Counted from the whole stretch's first letter, positions 1 through 12,292 are shown. The stretch is DNA of 63,839 bases, filler included, from Octopus bimaculoides (GCF_001194135.2; 7 parts of 7 records of this genome joined end to end with filler, not necessarily neighbours in it), one strand, 5' to 3'. Translations and numbers: made by a program. Notes: generated by a model from the letters alone, not told the origin.

Positions 1-39
<39 letters not shown>

Positions 40-389
40 GAAAAATTTTTATGTATAAATAGAATTGAAATATTGGTGTAACCATGATGTTTCGGCGATC
101 TGATGAGCTTGCCTTCTTTATCTGCACTGATTTGTAAATATACAATTGCATTGTACAGTGTGTAGTATGCATATTGATGCATCCTGTATTTGAGTGATTA
201 AAGTAACAGAGAGAGAGATGGAGGAGAAAGAGAGAGGGAGAAAGAGAGAGCAAGAGAGAGAGAGGTTCAACAGCATCCTATTCTTGTCAAAGTCATAATA
301 TCGCTGCTTATATTGTTGAACATTTTTAAGGGAATAATTAATAAATTTAAGTCAGCTCATCCCTCCACTTATATTTGACCAGCTTAAGG

Positions 390-545
390 GTAGGGAGGTA
401 ATCTTTATAAACCTATTTAGGATTTGTACTTATTAGATCATAATAAGGCTGAAGTGGGGCCACATCTGGGATACTGCTTTTATAATACTTCCTGACATAC
501 TGAATCATATTCAGAAAAGGTCCACTCAGTAAGCTGGTGATCTAT
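390..545 (+). mobile_element. Decayed CR1/L2-group (Crack/Daphne-like) LINE C-terminal fragment
   Basis: Translates to about YNKAEVGPHLGYC...ILNHIQKRS, resembling YKAQVRPHMEYC...LDRIQRRA. Confidence 0.4.
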
Positions 546-857
546 TGCTAATGGAAAAACTCCTTATCTCTGACCCACAAACATATTTTCACCTCTCTCT
601 ACCCTTTTTTCATCATCATTAAAATAACCTCAACTCTTTGGAGCTATCTGGTCTCATACCTTCATCCCTCGTCCAATCCTCCCTTTTTCCACTAACAACT
701 ATGTCAAATCCTTCAATCCCAGAACATTGGCCCTCTAGAATCTCCTTCCCACTCATGTCTTCTCTGCAGGTATGGAGCATTAAAAGAATCAATCTCACCA
801 ATTCCAGAGGGCCATCCCTTTCTCAGACTCCGGAAGTAAAAAGAAAAAAAAAATGCA

Positions 858-1283
858 TACTCTTACTCTTTTACTTGTTTCAGTCATTTGATTGTGGCCA
901 TGCTGGAGCACCGCCTTTTAGTCAAGCAAATCGACCCGAGGACTTAATCTNNNNNNNNNNNNNNNNNNNNNNNNNNNNNNNNNNNNNNNNNNNNNNNNNN
1001 NNNNNNNNNNNNNNNNNNNNNNNNNNNNNNNNNNNNNGGGGGGGGGGGGGACAAACACAGACATACAAACATATACACACATATACATATATATAAAAAT
1101 ATATATATATACATATATACGATGGGCTTCTTTCAGTTTCCGTCAACCAAATCCACTCACAAAGCTTTGGTCGACCTGAGGCTATAGTAGAAGACACTTG
1201 CCCAAGTTGCCACGCAGTGGGAATGAACCCGGAACCATGTGGTTGGTAAGCAAGCTACTTACCACACAACCACTCCTGCGCCT
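858..1283 (-). mobile_element. tRNA-headed SINE, family A (other copies or pieces near 9590-9785, 36880-37230, 42270-42415, 43190-43490, 48270-48480, 60180-60665)
   Basis: Head aggcgcaggagtggttgtgtggtaag...ggttccgggttcattccc with A/B-box-like motifs, a (TG)n spacer and an A-rich tail; recurs many times in the window. Confidence 0.8.
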
Positions 1284-1456
1284 ATATATCTGCAGTTTAT
1301 ACAACTCAATGACTTTGATCTTTTCTTATTCTATATTGCAAGTGATAAACAAGTACAATTAAAGGATTAAAAGCTAAAAGCAATATTGAAAGTGGGATAA
1401 TTTGCTGAAAATTAATGAATTCCAAGTAAAAAAAATATATGACAAAATGAACTTAC

Positions 1457-1526
1457 CAGAAGAAACACTTTTTGAGTTTGACCGATCAATGTTGCTTAAC
1501 ATAGATACAGCTGTGAAGTGTTGTTC
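1457..1526 (-). CDS. Same gene, last visible exon: EQHFTAVSMLSNIDRSNSKSVSS(G); no stop codon reached, so the gene probably continues left of the window
   Basis: Acceptor ccttaaataatag, donor CTG|gtaagt; 70 nt, phase 0-1, in frame with the 6017 exon. Confidence 0.7.
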
Positions 1527-2369
1527 CTATTATTTAAGGTTAATGAAAAAATAAAAATTAATTGTATTTTTATTTGGAAATTAATATCTTGGAAATAGGA
1601 AAATAAGTGTAGAAATGAAAAGTACTAACAAATTTTTTATAGTATTTTGACGGAAGAGAAAACTATTTCTCTTAGTATATGGAATGGCCACTACCTCCAC
1701 CGCCGCAGCCACTATCACCACCACCACCACCACCACCATTTTTATATCTGAAGCATTTCTATATCTGTTCATATTACCTTGCTAAACAACATCATAGTTC
1801 TTTCAAAAAGTTTAGCTCTGACAATTATTGAGGAAAACTATTTCCTGTACAATCTAATTAGCTAACATTTCAGCAGAGCTAATTATACTATTTTCTCACT
1901 TATAGCTGCCTACTAAAGAAGGAATTGAAAACTTTAAAAAGAACCATGTTTAAATATTGACATGAAAACAGAAACATTTAATTTCAAATGCTGTGTTTTC
2001 TTATAATAAGTGTAGATTATCACGCTCAATGGAATAATATCGCCCAACACTATGGATTAGTGAAATTAAAATAAAAACAATGTTGGAAGTGTGAAGAACT
2101 TTAACAAGAGAAAACAATTTGAAAGCCAAAAGATGCTTCTAAAAGACCTGCACTTTTTGCAGATAGAGATAGAAAATTGCAAGGATGTTGAGTACAGTTG
2201 AGACATATTATTGCAAACCTTTGATTACTACTGAAGTCGTAGCGGGAGCCCAGCCAAGAAACAAACAATAAGATAATGGTAAAGTGCTATAATAGATAAG
2301 GTACAAGTTTGGAAAGATAAATAAAAAAAAAAAGAAAAGATATTAAGGGAATATTTAGAATTTAGATAA

Positions 2370-3060
2370 CTTGAACCACCTGTAAGAACAAGTTAGATTT
2401 AAAGACAGAAAAAAGTTCAGCCTAAACATCACTTGCATCAAAGAATATGAACATCTGCAAGAACTACAGGTATCTCTTCTCCTTCACTGACTAAACAACC
2501 CACCAAAAGTTGAGATGGAATATTGACTTAGGTTTATCTATTCAAAAGGAAAAACAACAGCAGGTAGTGTTTAGATAGTATGCACAATGTGAAAGAAGAA
2601 GTGTTCAGAAATTTTGCAAGAATATTCTGGAATATCACAGAACTTTTCAAAATTATTTGGGTTTCCTTGTTGAGGGGTGACAATGAATATCTATGGATAT
2701 GTTTCAATGGGAAAAATAAAAGAGCTCCATAAGCAATGATGATAAGAAAAGCTGTGAAAACTGGAAATCTCAGACAGGTTAAGTAATTTTAACCACAAAT
2801 TTTTACTATCGATGTTATGTAGAAAAAGAAAAAACTTTCCATGGGGTCAGCATTATTAATTGATACAAAGATAGAAAGGGATAAATTACATCGGAGAAAT
2901 TATGATGATCTCAAGCAAATAAATAATGGCAGTAACACTGAAAAACTAATACAGAATACAATGAATTTGAAAAGGAGGCAACTTTTGGCTTGTATTAGAC
3001 CATAGTGTCATAAATGACATATTTCTGGTCTGAGAACTACAAGAGGACTGTCACAAAAAA
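2370..3060 (+). mobile_element. Highly decayed RTE-type LINE endonuclease region
   Basis: Short remnants such as ELD...LNITCIKEY and IIWVSL.RGDNEYL; many stops. Confidence 0.3.
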
Positions 3061-3759
3061 CATCTTTAATAGCTTGTGATATCATCTCATTCTCTCTAAT
3101 CCAGACTGATTAAAGATAGTGTATAGATCTATAAATGTTCTTTGGATTATGATATGTGAGGATTTACAATGAACTAGTTACAGAGTACATGTAAGAAGCT
3201 GCTCTTTAACACAGGGAACATTTTCTTCTCTCTCATATCAATCACATCTATCATTTTAAAACAGAAAGAATACACTTGATAATGCATGCAGTTATGTATG
3301 TATACATCAAGCTATGCTAAAAAAGTAAGAAAATCTTAGAAGTGATATTACTGCCCAAATGTCAAAAACTAACACAAATATGAATTGTTAACATAATGCA
3401 TTAAAAACTCTTAAACATATAAACACAAACACTTGAACACAAAATCAATACAGAAAAGTAAAGATACTATCTTCCTACTAAATCATTGGCTGCAATTTTA
3501 AATTTTGCTGCACTCTGAACAACAATATCCAAAGCAGCCAACACATAAAGCACAAAATCTGAGTGACAACAAAAGTACCCATGCCACATGGCATAAATTT
3601 AGTACAAAAAATCAAACTCACAAATGGTCTAAAAAAGAAAAATACTTTTATGGAATCAAAAATTATCCCAGCACTGGACCTTTCACATCCTTAATTACAC
3701 CCTTACAGGGCAAACCAAGTTGAACCTTGTGAGAGGATTTGATAGACAAGGACCAGCTT

Positions 3760-4100
3760 TTCTAGTTCACAAAGTGAGAAAGGCATGACAATTAAAGATA
3801 TGAAGTGAGGGAAGGCCTCGGATCCATCAGAAATTTCCACCAAGATGCTTAAAATATATGTAAGAATAGAATATGGTCTAGTCACCTGTACAGTTACTCC
3901 TCCTTCAAAAATATTCACAGGGCTGCTTTCAAGGAAAAAAGGAATAGGAGGAAGAACTGCAACACCATATCATCAAATCCTGACCAGACCTTCAACTGCA
4001 GCTACTATGGTCGTGTCTGCCTGTCCTGCATTGGCCTTGTCAGTCACAAGTATGCCTGCAGTCAATGTGGACCAGCCCTTTCTTGATTTTCATTCATGAA
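3760..4100 (+). mobile_element. RTE LINE fragments: a pre-RT piece followed by a BovB-like C-terminal zinc-knuckle tail
   Basis: IKDMK.GKASDPSEISTKMLK, then AAFKEKRNRRK...TFNCSYYGRVCLSCIGLVSHKYAC*. Confidence 0.65.
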
Positions 4101-4842
4101 ACCAAGCCAAGTTGAGAGAGAGAGAGGGAGAGAGAGACATCATTCAATGACTGGTGTAGCAGCATTATAGTCAACTGTTACAAGGGTGAAGAAGATGTCT
4201 CTTGAATGCATACAATTCTTGTGTGTTGTATTCTGTTAATATCTGGTGTTGTTTGTAGTATATATATATCCTTCTCTGCATCATTGTTTTAATGCCCACT
4301 TTTTCAAGCATGCATGGGTCAGTTGGAATTTGTAGAGGCAGATTTTTAATAGCCAAACTCACCTGTTTCCCAGTTAGGTAATGTTTCACCATGACCAGGC
4401 ATGTTTTTCAGAGAAGACTGAAAATGAAAGACACCCTTGAAGAATTCCTTTGATCATATGGTCACTCAGTTTGTCAACCTGGGCTAAGCAACAACATAGA
4501 CTTTGTGGTACACGTATTCAAGAAACAAAGAAGTTTCTACAAAAATTATTTCACAGGGTAATATAATATTATATAACCCAGATTACACCACTGAAACAAT
4601 CAACTTGAATAAAATTTAGTTTTAGTCAAGTAAATAAAGAAAAACCAAAACTATGCAGAAAACTAATAAAAAATAAAAACCCAACATAAGCCACAGTAAA
4701 ACTTGATTCAAAGTAATTAGCAGTGTTAAAAACTCTAATAATGGCCACACTACATCATATTTCACAGTAACAGGTCTTCGTCTAATTATTTAATCTGTAA
4801 GAAAAACCAGCCAAATCTTCTAATGAACACTATCATCTATAG

Positions 4843-5095
4843 CAGTGGTACTTAACAGAGGTCCATATGACCCTTAAGATCCATATAAAATTTTGTTGTT
4901 AAAATTTGTGCAATAAATTGCTTGCATTTCTACAATATGTCTAAATATTTTAACAATTTTTAAAATAAAATTCTTAATAATATATAATTATAAAAATATA
5001 TTAGGAATTTTTAAGCATTGAATAACTATGAGGGTCCAACTGAGTAAAATAGGTATTGAAGGAGTTCATAGGTAAAAAATGATTGAGAACCACTG
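4843..5095. mobile_element. hAT (Charlie-like) MITE
   Basis: Termini cagtggtacttaa / ttgagaaccactg; 8-bp flanks atctatag / atctgaag resemble an NTCTAGAN target. Confidence 0.7.
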
Positions 5096-5250
5096 ATCTG
5101 AAGGAAGGAAGGAAGGAAGGACACACTGAACGATGTACTAGAAGTATTGAGCCTGGAAAAAGAAAGAAAGACAAGAAGCTCAACCCTGTTTTATCAGAGT
5201 TAATCTTGGGATAATCAATAATTATAGCATTTTCAATATACTTCAACAGT

Positions 5251-5632
5251 TGTTGGCACTCCGTTGCTTACGACGTCAAGGGTTCCAGTTGATCCGATCA
5301 ACGGAACAGCCTGCTCGTGAAATTAACGTGCAAGTGGCTGAGCACTCCACAGAGACGTGTACCCTTAACGTAGTTCTCGGGGATATTCAGCGTGACACAG
5401 TGTGACAAGGCTGATCCTTTGAATTGCAGGCACGACAGAAACAGGAAGTAAGAGTGAGAGAAAGTTGTAGTGAAAGAGGACAGCAGGGTTCACCACCATC
5501 TCCTGCTAGAGCTTCGTGGGGCTTTAGGTGTTTTCGCTCAATAAACACTCACAACGCCCAGTCTGGGAATTGAAACCACGATCCTATGACTGCGAGTCCA
5601 CTGCCCTAACCACTGGGCCATTGTACCTCTAC
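5251..5632 (-). mobile_element. Full-length tRNA-headed SINE, family B, with TSD
   Basis: A-box tggcccagtgg, B-box-like ggtttcaattcc; 11-bp TSD ACTTCAACAGT at 5240-5250 and 5633-5643. Confidence 0.9.
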
Positions 5633-6016
5633 ACTTCAACAGTAAACAAACACATTTACCAAAATCAGTAAAAAAAAAGAAGACAAAAACAGAAAAAGTA
5701 AGATATGTTCTTGCTCCACTAAATATCATAAAAGCAACCAAAAAATCCCAAAATTTTAAAGTCTCAGATTTTAAAATCCCAAGTATACACCTAAAACATA
5801 CAGGCTGGAAGAAAATATTGCATTCACAAACAATTATAACACCATTTCTAAATCTATAGAATTTGGAAACTGAGTAAAATTACAATTCAAAAATTTTACA
5901 AGTTTCAGCTAAAATAACATTACATAGGACCATAACCCATTCCAGCAGTATTGGTACACACATCATAAGCAATACATCAAACTTTATTTAAAATTAAATA
6001 AAAAAATATTTATTAC

Positions 6017-6123
6017 TGTGTCCACAGTGAAACTGATTTCAAATGTTCCAGAATGAATAAGTGAGTTCAAATCCCTTAAAACTTGATCGCTGGATAAAGA
6101 GTTACTTTTCTGTTCCTTAGTTT
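6017..6123 (-). CDS. Same gene, exon: (K)TKEQKSNSLSSDQVLRDLNSLIHSGTFEISFTVDT
   Basis: Acceptor ttctttttattgacag, donor ACA|gtaata; 107 nt, phase 1-0. Confidence 0.75.
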
Positions 6124-6292
6124 CTGTCAATAAAAAGAAAATAACAAACATATATTCTGTTATGGACAGAATACAAAGAAACAACCTTTAATTAGGAATG
6201 TTTACTTCATCTTTAATACCCTCAAGAAAAAGAAATATGATGTGAATCTCAAAAACATTTCAAAAGCACCATGATTTTATGCAATTCTTCGA

Positions 6293-6654
6293 ATAATATT
6301 GGTTTCAAATTTCGGCACAAGGCCAGNNNNNNNNNNNNNNNNNNNNNNNNNNNNNNNNNNNNNNNNNNNNNNNNNNNNNNNNNNNNNNNNNNNNNNNNNN
6401 NNNNNNNNNNNNNNNNNNNNNNNNNNNNNNNNNNNNNNNNNNNNNNNNNNNNNNNNNNNNNNNNNNNNNNNNNNNNNNNNNNNNNNGGAGGGAGTAAGTT
6501 AATTACATCAACCCAAGTGCTCAACTGGTACTTATTTTATCGACCCCAAAAGGATGAAAGGCAAAGTCAGCCTTGGCAGAACTGGAACTCAGAATAAGAC
6601 AATGCTGCTAAGCTTTTTGCTTGCTGTGCAAACAATTCTGCCACCTCGCCCCCT
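6293..6654 (-). mobile_element. tRNA-headed SINE, family C, with a Meta-like core (other copies near 7005-7208, 32315-32466, 37285-37480, 41960-42155, 44160-44335 on -; 61776-61985, 62022-62145 on +)
   Basis: Head ggcgagctggcagaatcgttagc...gagttcaaattcc and core gactttgcctttcatcctt..ggggtcgataaaataagtaccag, recurring. Confidence 0.8.
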
Positions 6655-7703
6655 AATTCCTTGAATAATATCAAAAATAATTTTCAATGGAACCTGATGT
6701 GACTCCTGATCTTGCCAGCTCCTGTCATACCATCCAACCCGTGCTAGTAAAATTAAATGATGATGATGATGATGTTCAATCAGAGTCCTTTGATAATAAT
6801 ACTAAATGAACTGTTTACTACTCAAATGATATAAACATCTCATGAGTTATTCTTGAACATTTTTCCACCTCTACTTCAACCATCTCTATAAAGTGTTATC
6901 ATGCTATTGTATTGATATTTCTTGAAATACTTGACTGAAATGGTGGTCTGTTTCTATAACAATAGTACTTCTCAAAAGTTTCATTATATATATATATAAT
7001 CTTTTCTACTTTAGGCACAAGGTCTGAAATTAGCAGGGATGTAGCTAGTTGATTACATTGACACCAGTGCACAACTGGTACTTATTTCATTGACCCTGAA
7101 AGGATGAAAAGCAAAGCTAACTTTGGTGGAATTTGAACTCAGAATAGATGAAATTACACTAAAGCATTTTGTCTGGTGTGCTAACAATTCTGCCAGCTCA
7201 TCACCTTTATATATATATATAATGCAAAATTAAAAAGCAGTTAAGAACACAGCCTTCCAAAACTGGTGAGACTGATTTGGCTAATGTTTCTTTTGTGATG
7301 TTGATAGTCAACACTTGTAGGAAAATCATAGACAGAGCAAGAATTCTAGGAGTCTGTCATTCTGATAAGGAAGTACTGTGCATTGTGGTTAGTGCCAAGA
7401 CTTGTGCAGAGAGGTCAATACAGGTAATGAGAAAAGGAAAGATGAATGAATGAGAAGGGCCAGAGTAGAAGCGATATGTGATCAGCCGACTCCTGTAGAA
7501 GGAAAGATAGGCTTCTTCTCTCTGCACATGAAGAATATAAAAAGTCAATAAAATTTAAAATTTTCTTTAATTTAAATAAAAAGAATTAGAAATTTAATGC
7601 TCTAGGTTAGATGATTTGTTTGTGTTTAATAAAGTTTTAACTAAATAATCTCAGAAAACTATAAAGTTAATAAAAATAGTAAAATATAAAATACCTCACT
7701 TAC

Positions 7704-7913
7704 TGGTATATATATTACAGTCGTCAGAATCTTGGTTGTTTGTAGGTGATTCAGTGAATAACTGGCACACTTTCCTTCCTTTACAATATGTAAATGCCTT
7801 ACAGTTGTTTTTAATACATGAAGATGCACATTCATTTGGAGTCTGTATTTTTAATTGTGTCTTTGCCTTAAGATTTGGATTAGGCTTAAGATTTGATTTA
7901 ACAGTGAATAATT
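7704..7913 (-). CDS. Same gene, PAN/apple-domain exon: LFTVKSNLKPNPNLKAKTQLKIQTPNECASSCIKNNCKAFTYCKGRKVCQLFTESPTNNQDSDDCNIYT
   Basis: Acceptor tttatctatttctgcag, donor CCA|gtaagt; 210 nt, phase 1-1. Six cysteines with PAN spacing: CxxxC...CxAFxYC...CxL...CxxY. Confidence 0.88.
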
Positions 7914-8642
7914 CTGCAGAAATAGATAAATACGAATGATCGAAATATATTTTAGATTAATGTTTTGTTAACCCTTTTGATACCATAGAAGGAAAGTTGT
8001 GAGTGATATATAGAAAAAAGTGAGAATGGGATGAAAAGAAACTTGTCAGAACATACAGCAATAGTACAACAGAAACTTGGATTTCCATGAAATAAGAAAC
8101 ACATGGTACCAATAGGCAGGCAGCTTTGCTAGGAGATTCTCATGCCAGCCACTGTTAGCAGCTTTATTGATGATAAGTGTGCAATACTTCTTTTGCTTGA
8201 AATGGTTCTTAATTGTTTGTCAGAGTATAGTAAAGAAGAATAATTAAGTTAGTACTATCAAATTTAATACAGTAAGCATTAGAAAGCTAATTAAAGATAA
8301 TTCTAAAATTACAATGTTGTAAAAACAATATAATTGATAAAGTTTTAATTATTTCAGCAAGTACAAGAGTAACCTCAGGATAAGTTTCAGTCTTATGATG
8401 ACTTCATTAGCAAAGTATAGACATTACTACACATGCTGAAGTATTAATGAAAGTAAATAAATACACAAAAATCTATGCTAGATGACATAGAAAACTAGAA
8501 TTATTTTGAGAATAAATTAGACAGAGACATGATCTATATAAAAAATAACTTTGTTAATGTTAATATATTTAATGCAGAGATCTTTAAAAAACTCATCAAA
8601 TATAATTATGCACTGGTAAAAAAACAGCAGAAACAAGCATCA

Positions 8643-9280
8643 TTATTACCTCCGCCAAGGAAGGAGGTTACGTTTTCTTTGGCATTGGTTTGTCCGTCTA
8701 TCCGTCTGTGTGCAAAGTAACTCAAAAAGTTGCGAATGGTATTTGATGAAACGTGCAGGAAAAGTTAGTAATGACACAAGAAACAGATGATGAAATTTTG
8801 GCAGGTATTCGGGAATTTTTATGGATTCTTAAAGGATTTATCATTTTTTATATTTACTTTACATGAAGTATTACAATGTTGTGTTCTTTGATTATCTCCC
8901 TTGAAAACATGTTCATCGTTTCAACGTAACCTATGGTAGCGTTACTGTTTCCAAAGTTTATTTTCGTTTCTCTATTAGTAATTTTACTTGCGTTGTGTGT
9001 GTATCACTCAAGATTTAGGTAATTGTTGTTTCTTTTTAGTGGTATGGTGAAACTAGCTTGCTGTGGTCATTGATGTATTATAACTGCTTAAGATGATTCC
9101 TGTTTTTAAAGGTTTTTTTAAAAAAATCATATGGCTGTGTTATTTTTTTTTAACCCTGCTAAAGAGGTTATGTTTTTGCCGGTGTTGGTTTGGGAAATTG
9201 GGTGATTTTCAGCATGTGTGTATATGGGTGGAAATGAGCTGCTTGGCAGAGATCTGTGCTCTCTGAGTGCTTTTCTAGTT
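8643..9280 (+). mobile_element. Non-autonomous Helentron-type element (HINE/DINE-1-like)
   Basis: 5' sub-TIR acctccgccaag (8648-8659), its imperfect complement cttggcagagat (9242-9253), then a 3' hairpin gtgctctctgagtgc and ttttctagtt. Confidence 0.65.
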
Positions 9281-9588
9281 TGATTAATAGTTTTTAAATA
9301 TTTCAGCAGGAATGGAGACAACTTTGCTTTTATTATGACTTTGTTATGTTAGTAAAACATATACTTCACAATAATTACAAAACAAATGAGGGAAATATTG
9401 CTAAGTAAATGTATTAGACTGTAGTACACTGCCAGGCTTTGGAAATTAAAACTGTTCTGCCCTTTCTGTTTCCAACTTTCACTTGTTTCCAAGCAAGGTG
9501 ATATTTCCTCATGACTGGATATGTTTCCATGAAAGATTGAAAACAAAAGACAATCACATGGTATCAAGACAAGGAAGCACTCACTCAC

Positions 9589-9630
<42 letters not shown>

Positions 9631-9928
9631 CAGATTTATTTCTATTCAACTTCCAAATTCACTCACAAGGCTTTGGTGAGTCTGAGGCTATAGTAAAAGA
9701 CATTTGCCCGAGATGTTATGCAGTGGGGTCGAATCTGAAACCATGCAGTTGGGAAGCAAATTACTTGATCACACAGCTATGCCCAATCTTTCATAAAAAT
9801 CAAAATAATTATGATAATATTGGGAAATGAAAATTGTGTGAAGTATTGTTAACATCAAAAGTTATACATTTTAGATTATAGTAATTAACAAGTTAGATAT
9901 TATGAAAATAAATATTGAAAATATTTAC

Positions 9929-10093
9929 CAATAGGCTGTGGACTTGGATCAATTAAAGAGAATCTGAAATATGTTTTGTCCTCATCATAAGAAAGCTCAG
10001 GATTTTGAATATTTATGAGAGGTAGATGTGTAAAATCAATTATCTTATTTACTGCTGCTATAATAAAATTTACTGATCTTAGTTTGTATGCTC
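9929..10093 (-). CDS. Same gene, exon: AYKLRSVNFIIAAVNKIIDFTHLPLINIQNPELSYDEDKTYFRFSLIDPSPQPI(E)
   Basis: Acceptor attatctttttcag, donor TTG|gtaaat; 165 nt, phase 1-1, open throughout. Confidence 0.82.
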
Positions 10094-10344
10094 CTGAAAA
10101 AGATAATATAGAATTAATATATTAGTTCTAATTTTTTTTTAATTAAACATTAGCTGATTCTTTGTGAAATTAAAAATCAATAGGAAGTACATGCAAAATA
10201 TTTTTATGTTTAAAATGGCTTAAATGGATGACATAAGATGCTCCAGTATTTCAAACTAGAATGAATAAAAATAACCAGATAAAATAATAAAAATAATAAA
10301 AATAATCCAAAACACACACACACACACTTGCGTTGTGTGTGTGT

Positions 10345-11433
10345 AGGATGCATCTGGAGCCATGACTTTTCCTTGGGAATAAGTTCATCATCATCATCCG
10401 AAAAGTGCTTCCTCTTCAAAAAGACTTCACAGTTGGAAAGAGGTGGAAATTAGATGGTGTGAAGTCGGGAGGAGGACGGATTTCATAGCAGCAGGAGTGT
10501 GCTTTCATCTGGGCAACATGTGCATTGTCTTGAATATACCATGCCTCTCTGCTTTGATGGTGTCCTGCAATCTCTGTAGCAGAGACGCATAATATGCCCC
10601 ATCAATTGTGGTACTCTTTCCAGAAAATCCATCATCATTACTCCACACTGGTCTCAAAAGACTATGAGCATCTTTGCCTGCTGAGAGCTGGACATGAGCC
10701 TTTTTGGAGGTGGTGAGTTATCATGTTTCCATTGCTTTGACTGGATTTTAGTCTCAGGATCATAACAATGGACCCATGTTTTAGCTTGTGTGATATGTCT
10801 GCTGAAAATGTCCTACTTGTTTTCTTGGCACATTGTCAAAAGAGCCTGGGAGCAATTGACTTGTTCCTGCTTCTGAAAAGGTGTGAGCATCCGGAGAATC
10901 TATTGCACAGACAACTTCTGCATGTGCAAATGGTTGTGAATGATTTTTTCCACAGACCCTACACTTACCTTCACTTCTTGGAATAGCTGCAGAATAGTTA
11001 CGCAGTGATCCTCCAAAATGGTGGCTTTCACTTTATGGAGGGTGTCATCATCAATGGCAGAATGTGGCTATCCAGAAATAGAAGCAATTTCCACTGATGT
11101 CTGACCATATTTGAACTGGCAATGTCAGTTCTTGACTATGTCATATGATGATGCATTGTCACCATAAACTTCTTTCATCTCATCGAAGTCTCTTTTGGTA
11201 TACGACCTTTCTAGTATAAGAACCTGATCACTGATCTGCATTCAACTGCCTCCATTATAACATCTTAGTCCACTTCAACAGCCGTAAATAATAAACGAAT
11301 ACTAGTGGAAAGCTGTAATTTACAATGTAACATTTACAGACATGTATGATTAATGTATGATTATACCTGTACAAGTTCTGTTTCCTGCAATAACTAGAAG
11401 TGGATCAGAGGAAACCTTTAGTGAACGCCTCAT
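10345..11433 (-). mobile_element. Mariner transposase pseudogene, 3' end truncated
   Basis: ATG at 11255 (MEAVECRSVIRFLY...VYGD); WVHCYDPETKIQSKQWKH; PDFTPSNFHLFP...KRKHFSDDD; several stops and frameshifts; degenerate TIR near 11405-11433. Confidence 0.9.
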
Positions 11434-11918
11434 GTGTGTGCATGTATATATATGTTTCTTATTTTACAGCTACACCATCAATCCAATGTCAACCCTTTAC
11501 CTTCTGCAACATTTCATCAGTTCACTTCCGTGTTGCTGTCTCCCATTGCAGCCCATTTCTGGAAAGTACCCATTTATGTACAATATCTCCATTACACCTC
11601 CATTCATTTGACTATCAACCATACAATGGGTCATGTTAGATGCAATGCTGACTGCCTCAAAGGTGAGTATATCCACTGACAACTTTTTTTGGTGGGTTCA
11701 AAAATTACATAATCTCACTACTCCCAACTTTCCATGGTAAGTTAGGGCCTGGAAACCTCCAAACAGACGTATTACATATTGCTTAGTCGAATTAGACCAT
11801 CATTTACTCCACAAATGCAATGCTGCACTTTCCCGTATCACCTGTTTCAACACAACTGTAATATATTTTATACAAACTATACCATTTTAATCCCAAGCAA
11901 CACTGTGTATCTCTGCTA

Positions 11919-11960
<42 letters not shown>

Positions 11961-12248
11961 ATGTATGTGTGACTGAATGTATGTATATCAACATCATCAT
12001 CAACGTATGTTTCCCATGCTGGTAAGAAATGGATTTTTGACAGAATCTGATTAGCCAGAGGACTGCACCATACTCCAACATCTGCTTTGTCAGGATGTCA
12101 GATGGAAATAGGGGAAGGCAGAAGTAGGAGTGAGTTAGGGAGCTAACTGGTAGAAGCACAGATAATGTGAAGTGTGTGAGGGTGTGGTGAAAGAGAGATG
12201 CACAGTATCATGGTTGAAGTCAGAGGATAAGGGTAGAAATAGCAGGAG

Positions 12249-12292
<44 letters not shown>

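Noticed and set aside
82-125. CTGATGA on + and a GGC...GCC-GAAAC-AUC pattern on - as a hammerhead
   Set aside because: On + no GAAA follows a stem; on - the core has two mismatches and no stem I. At most a decayed relic.
1310-1404. Acceptor at 1404 followed by a hydrophobic stretch (QIIPLSILLLAF...)
   Set aside because: That frame needs phase 0, but the upstream exon ends in phase 1, which gives a stop after 12 codons; the intron would be only about 52 nt.
1581-1772. ORF with a hydrophobic VVVVVVVIVAAAVEVV run as a transmembrane exon of the PAN gene
   Set aside because: It comes from a (GTG)n microsatellite, has no fitting splice sites and lies upstream of the 1457 exon.
11365-11382. 18-nt micro-exon candidate (GNRTCT)
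   Set aside because: It lies in the mariner 5' region and is unnecessary once the 9929 exon is extended to 10093.
11808-11855. 48-nt phase 1-1 exon candidate (VLKQVIRESAALHLW)
   Set aside because: The acceptor at 10093 supplies the expected Gly and linker directly; this candidate has a weaker donor and no motif support.
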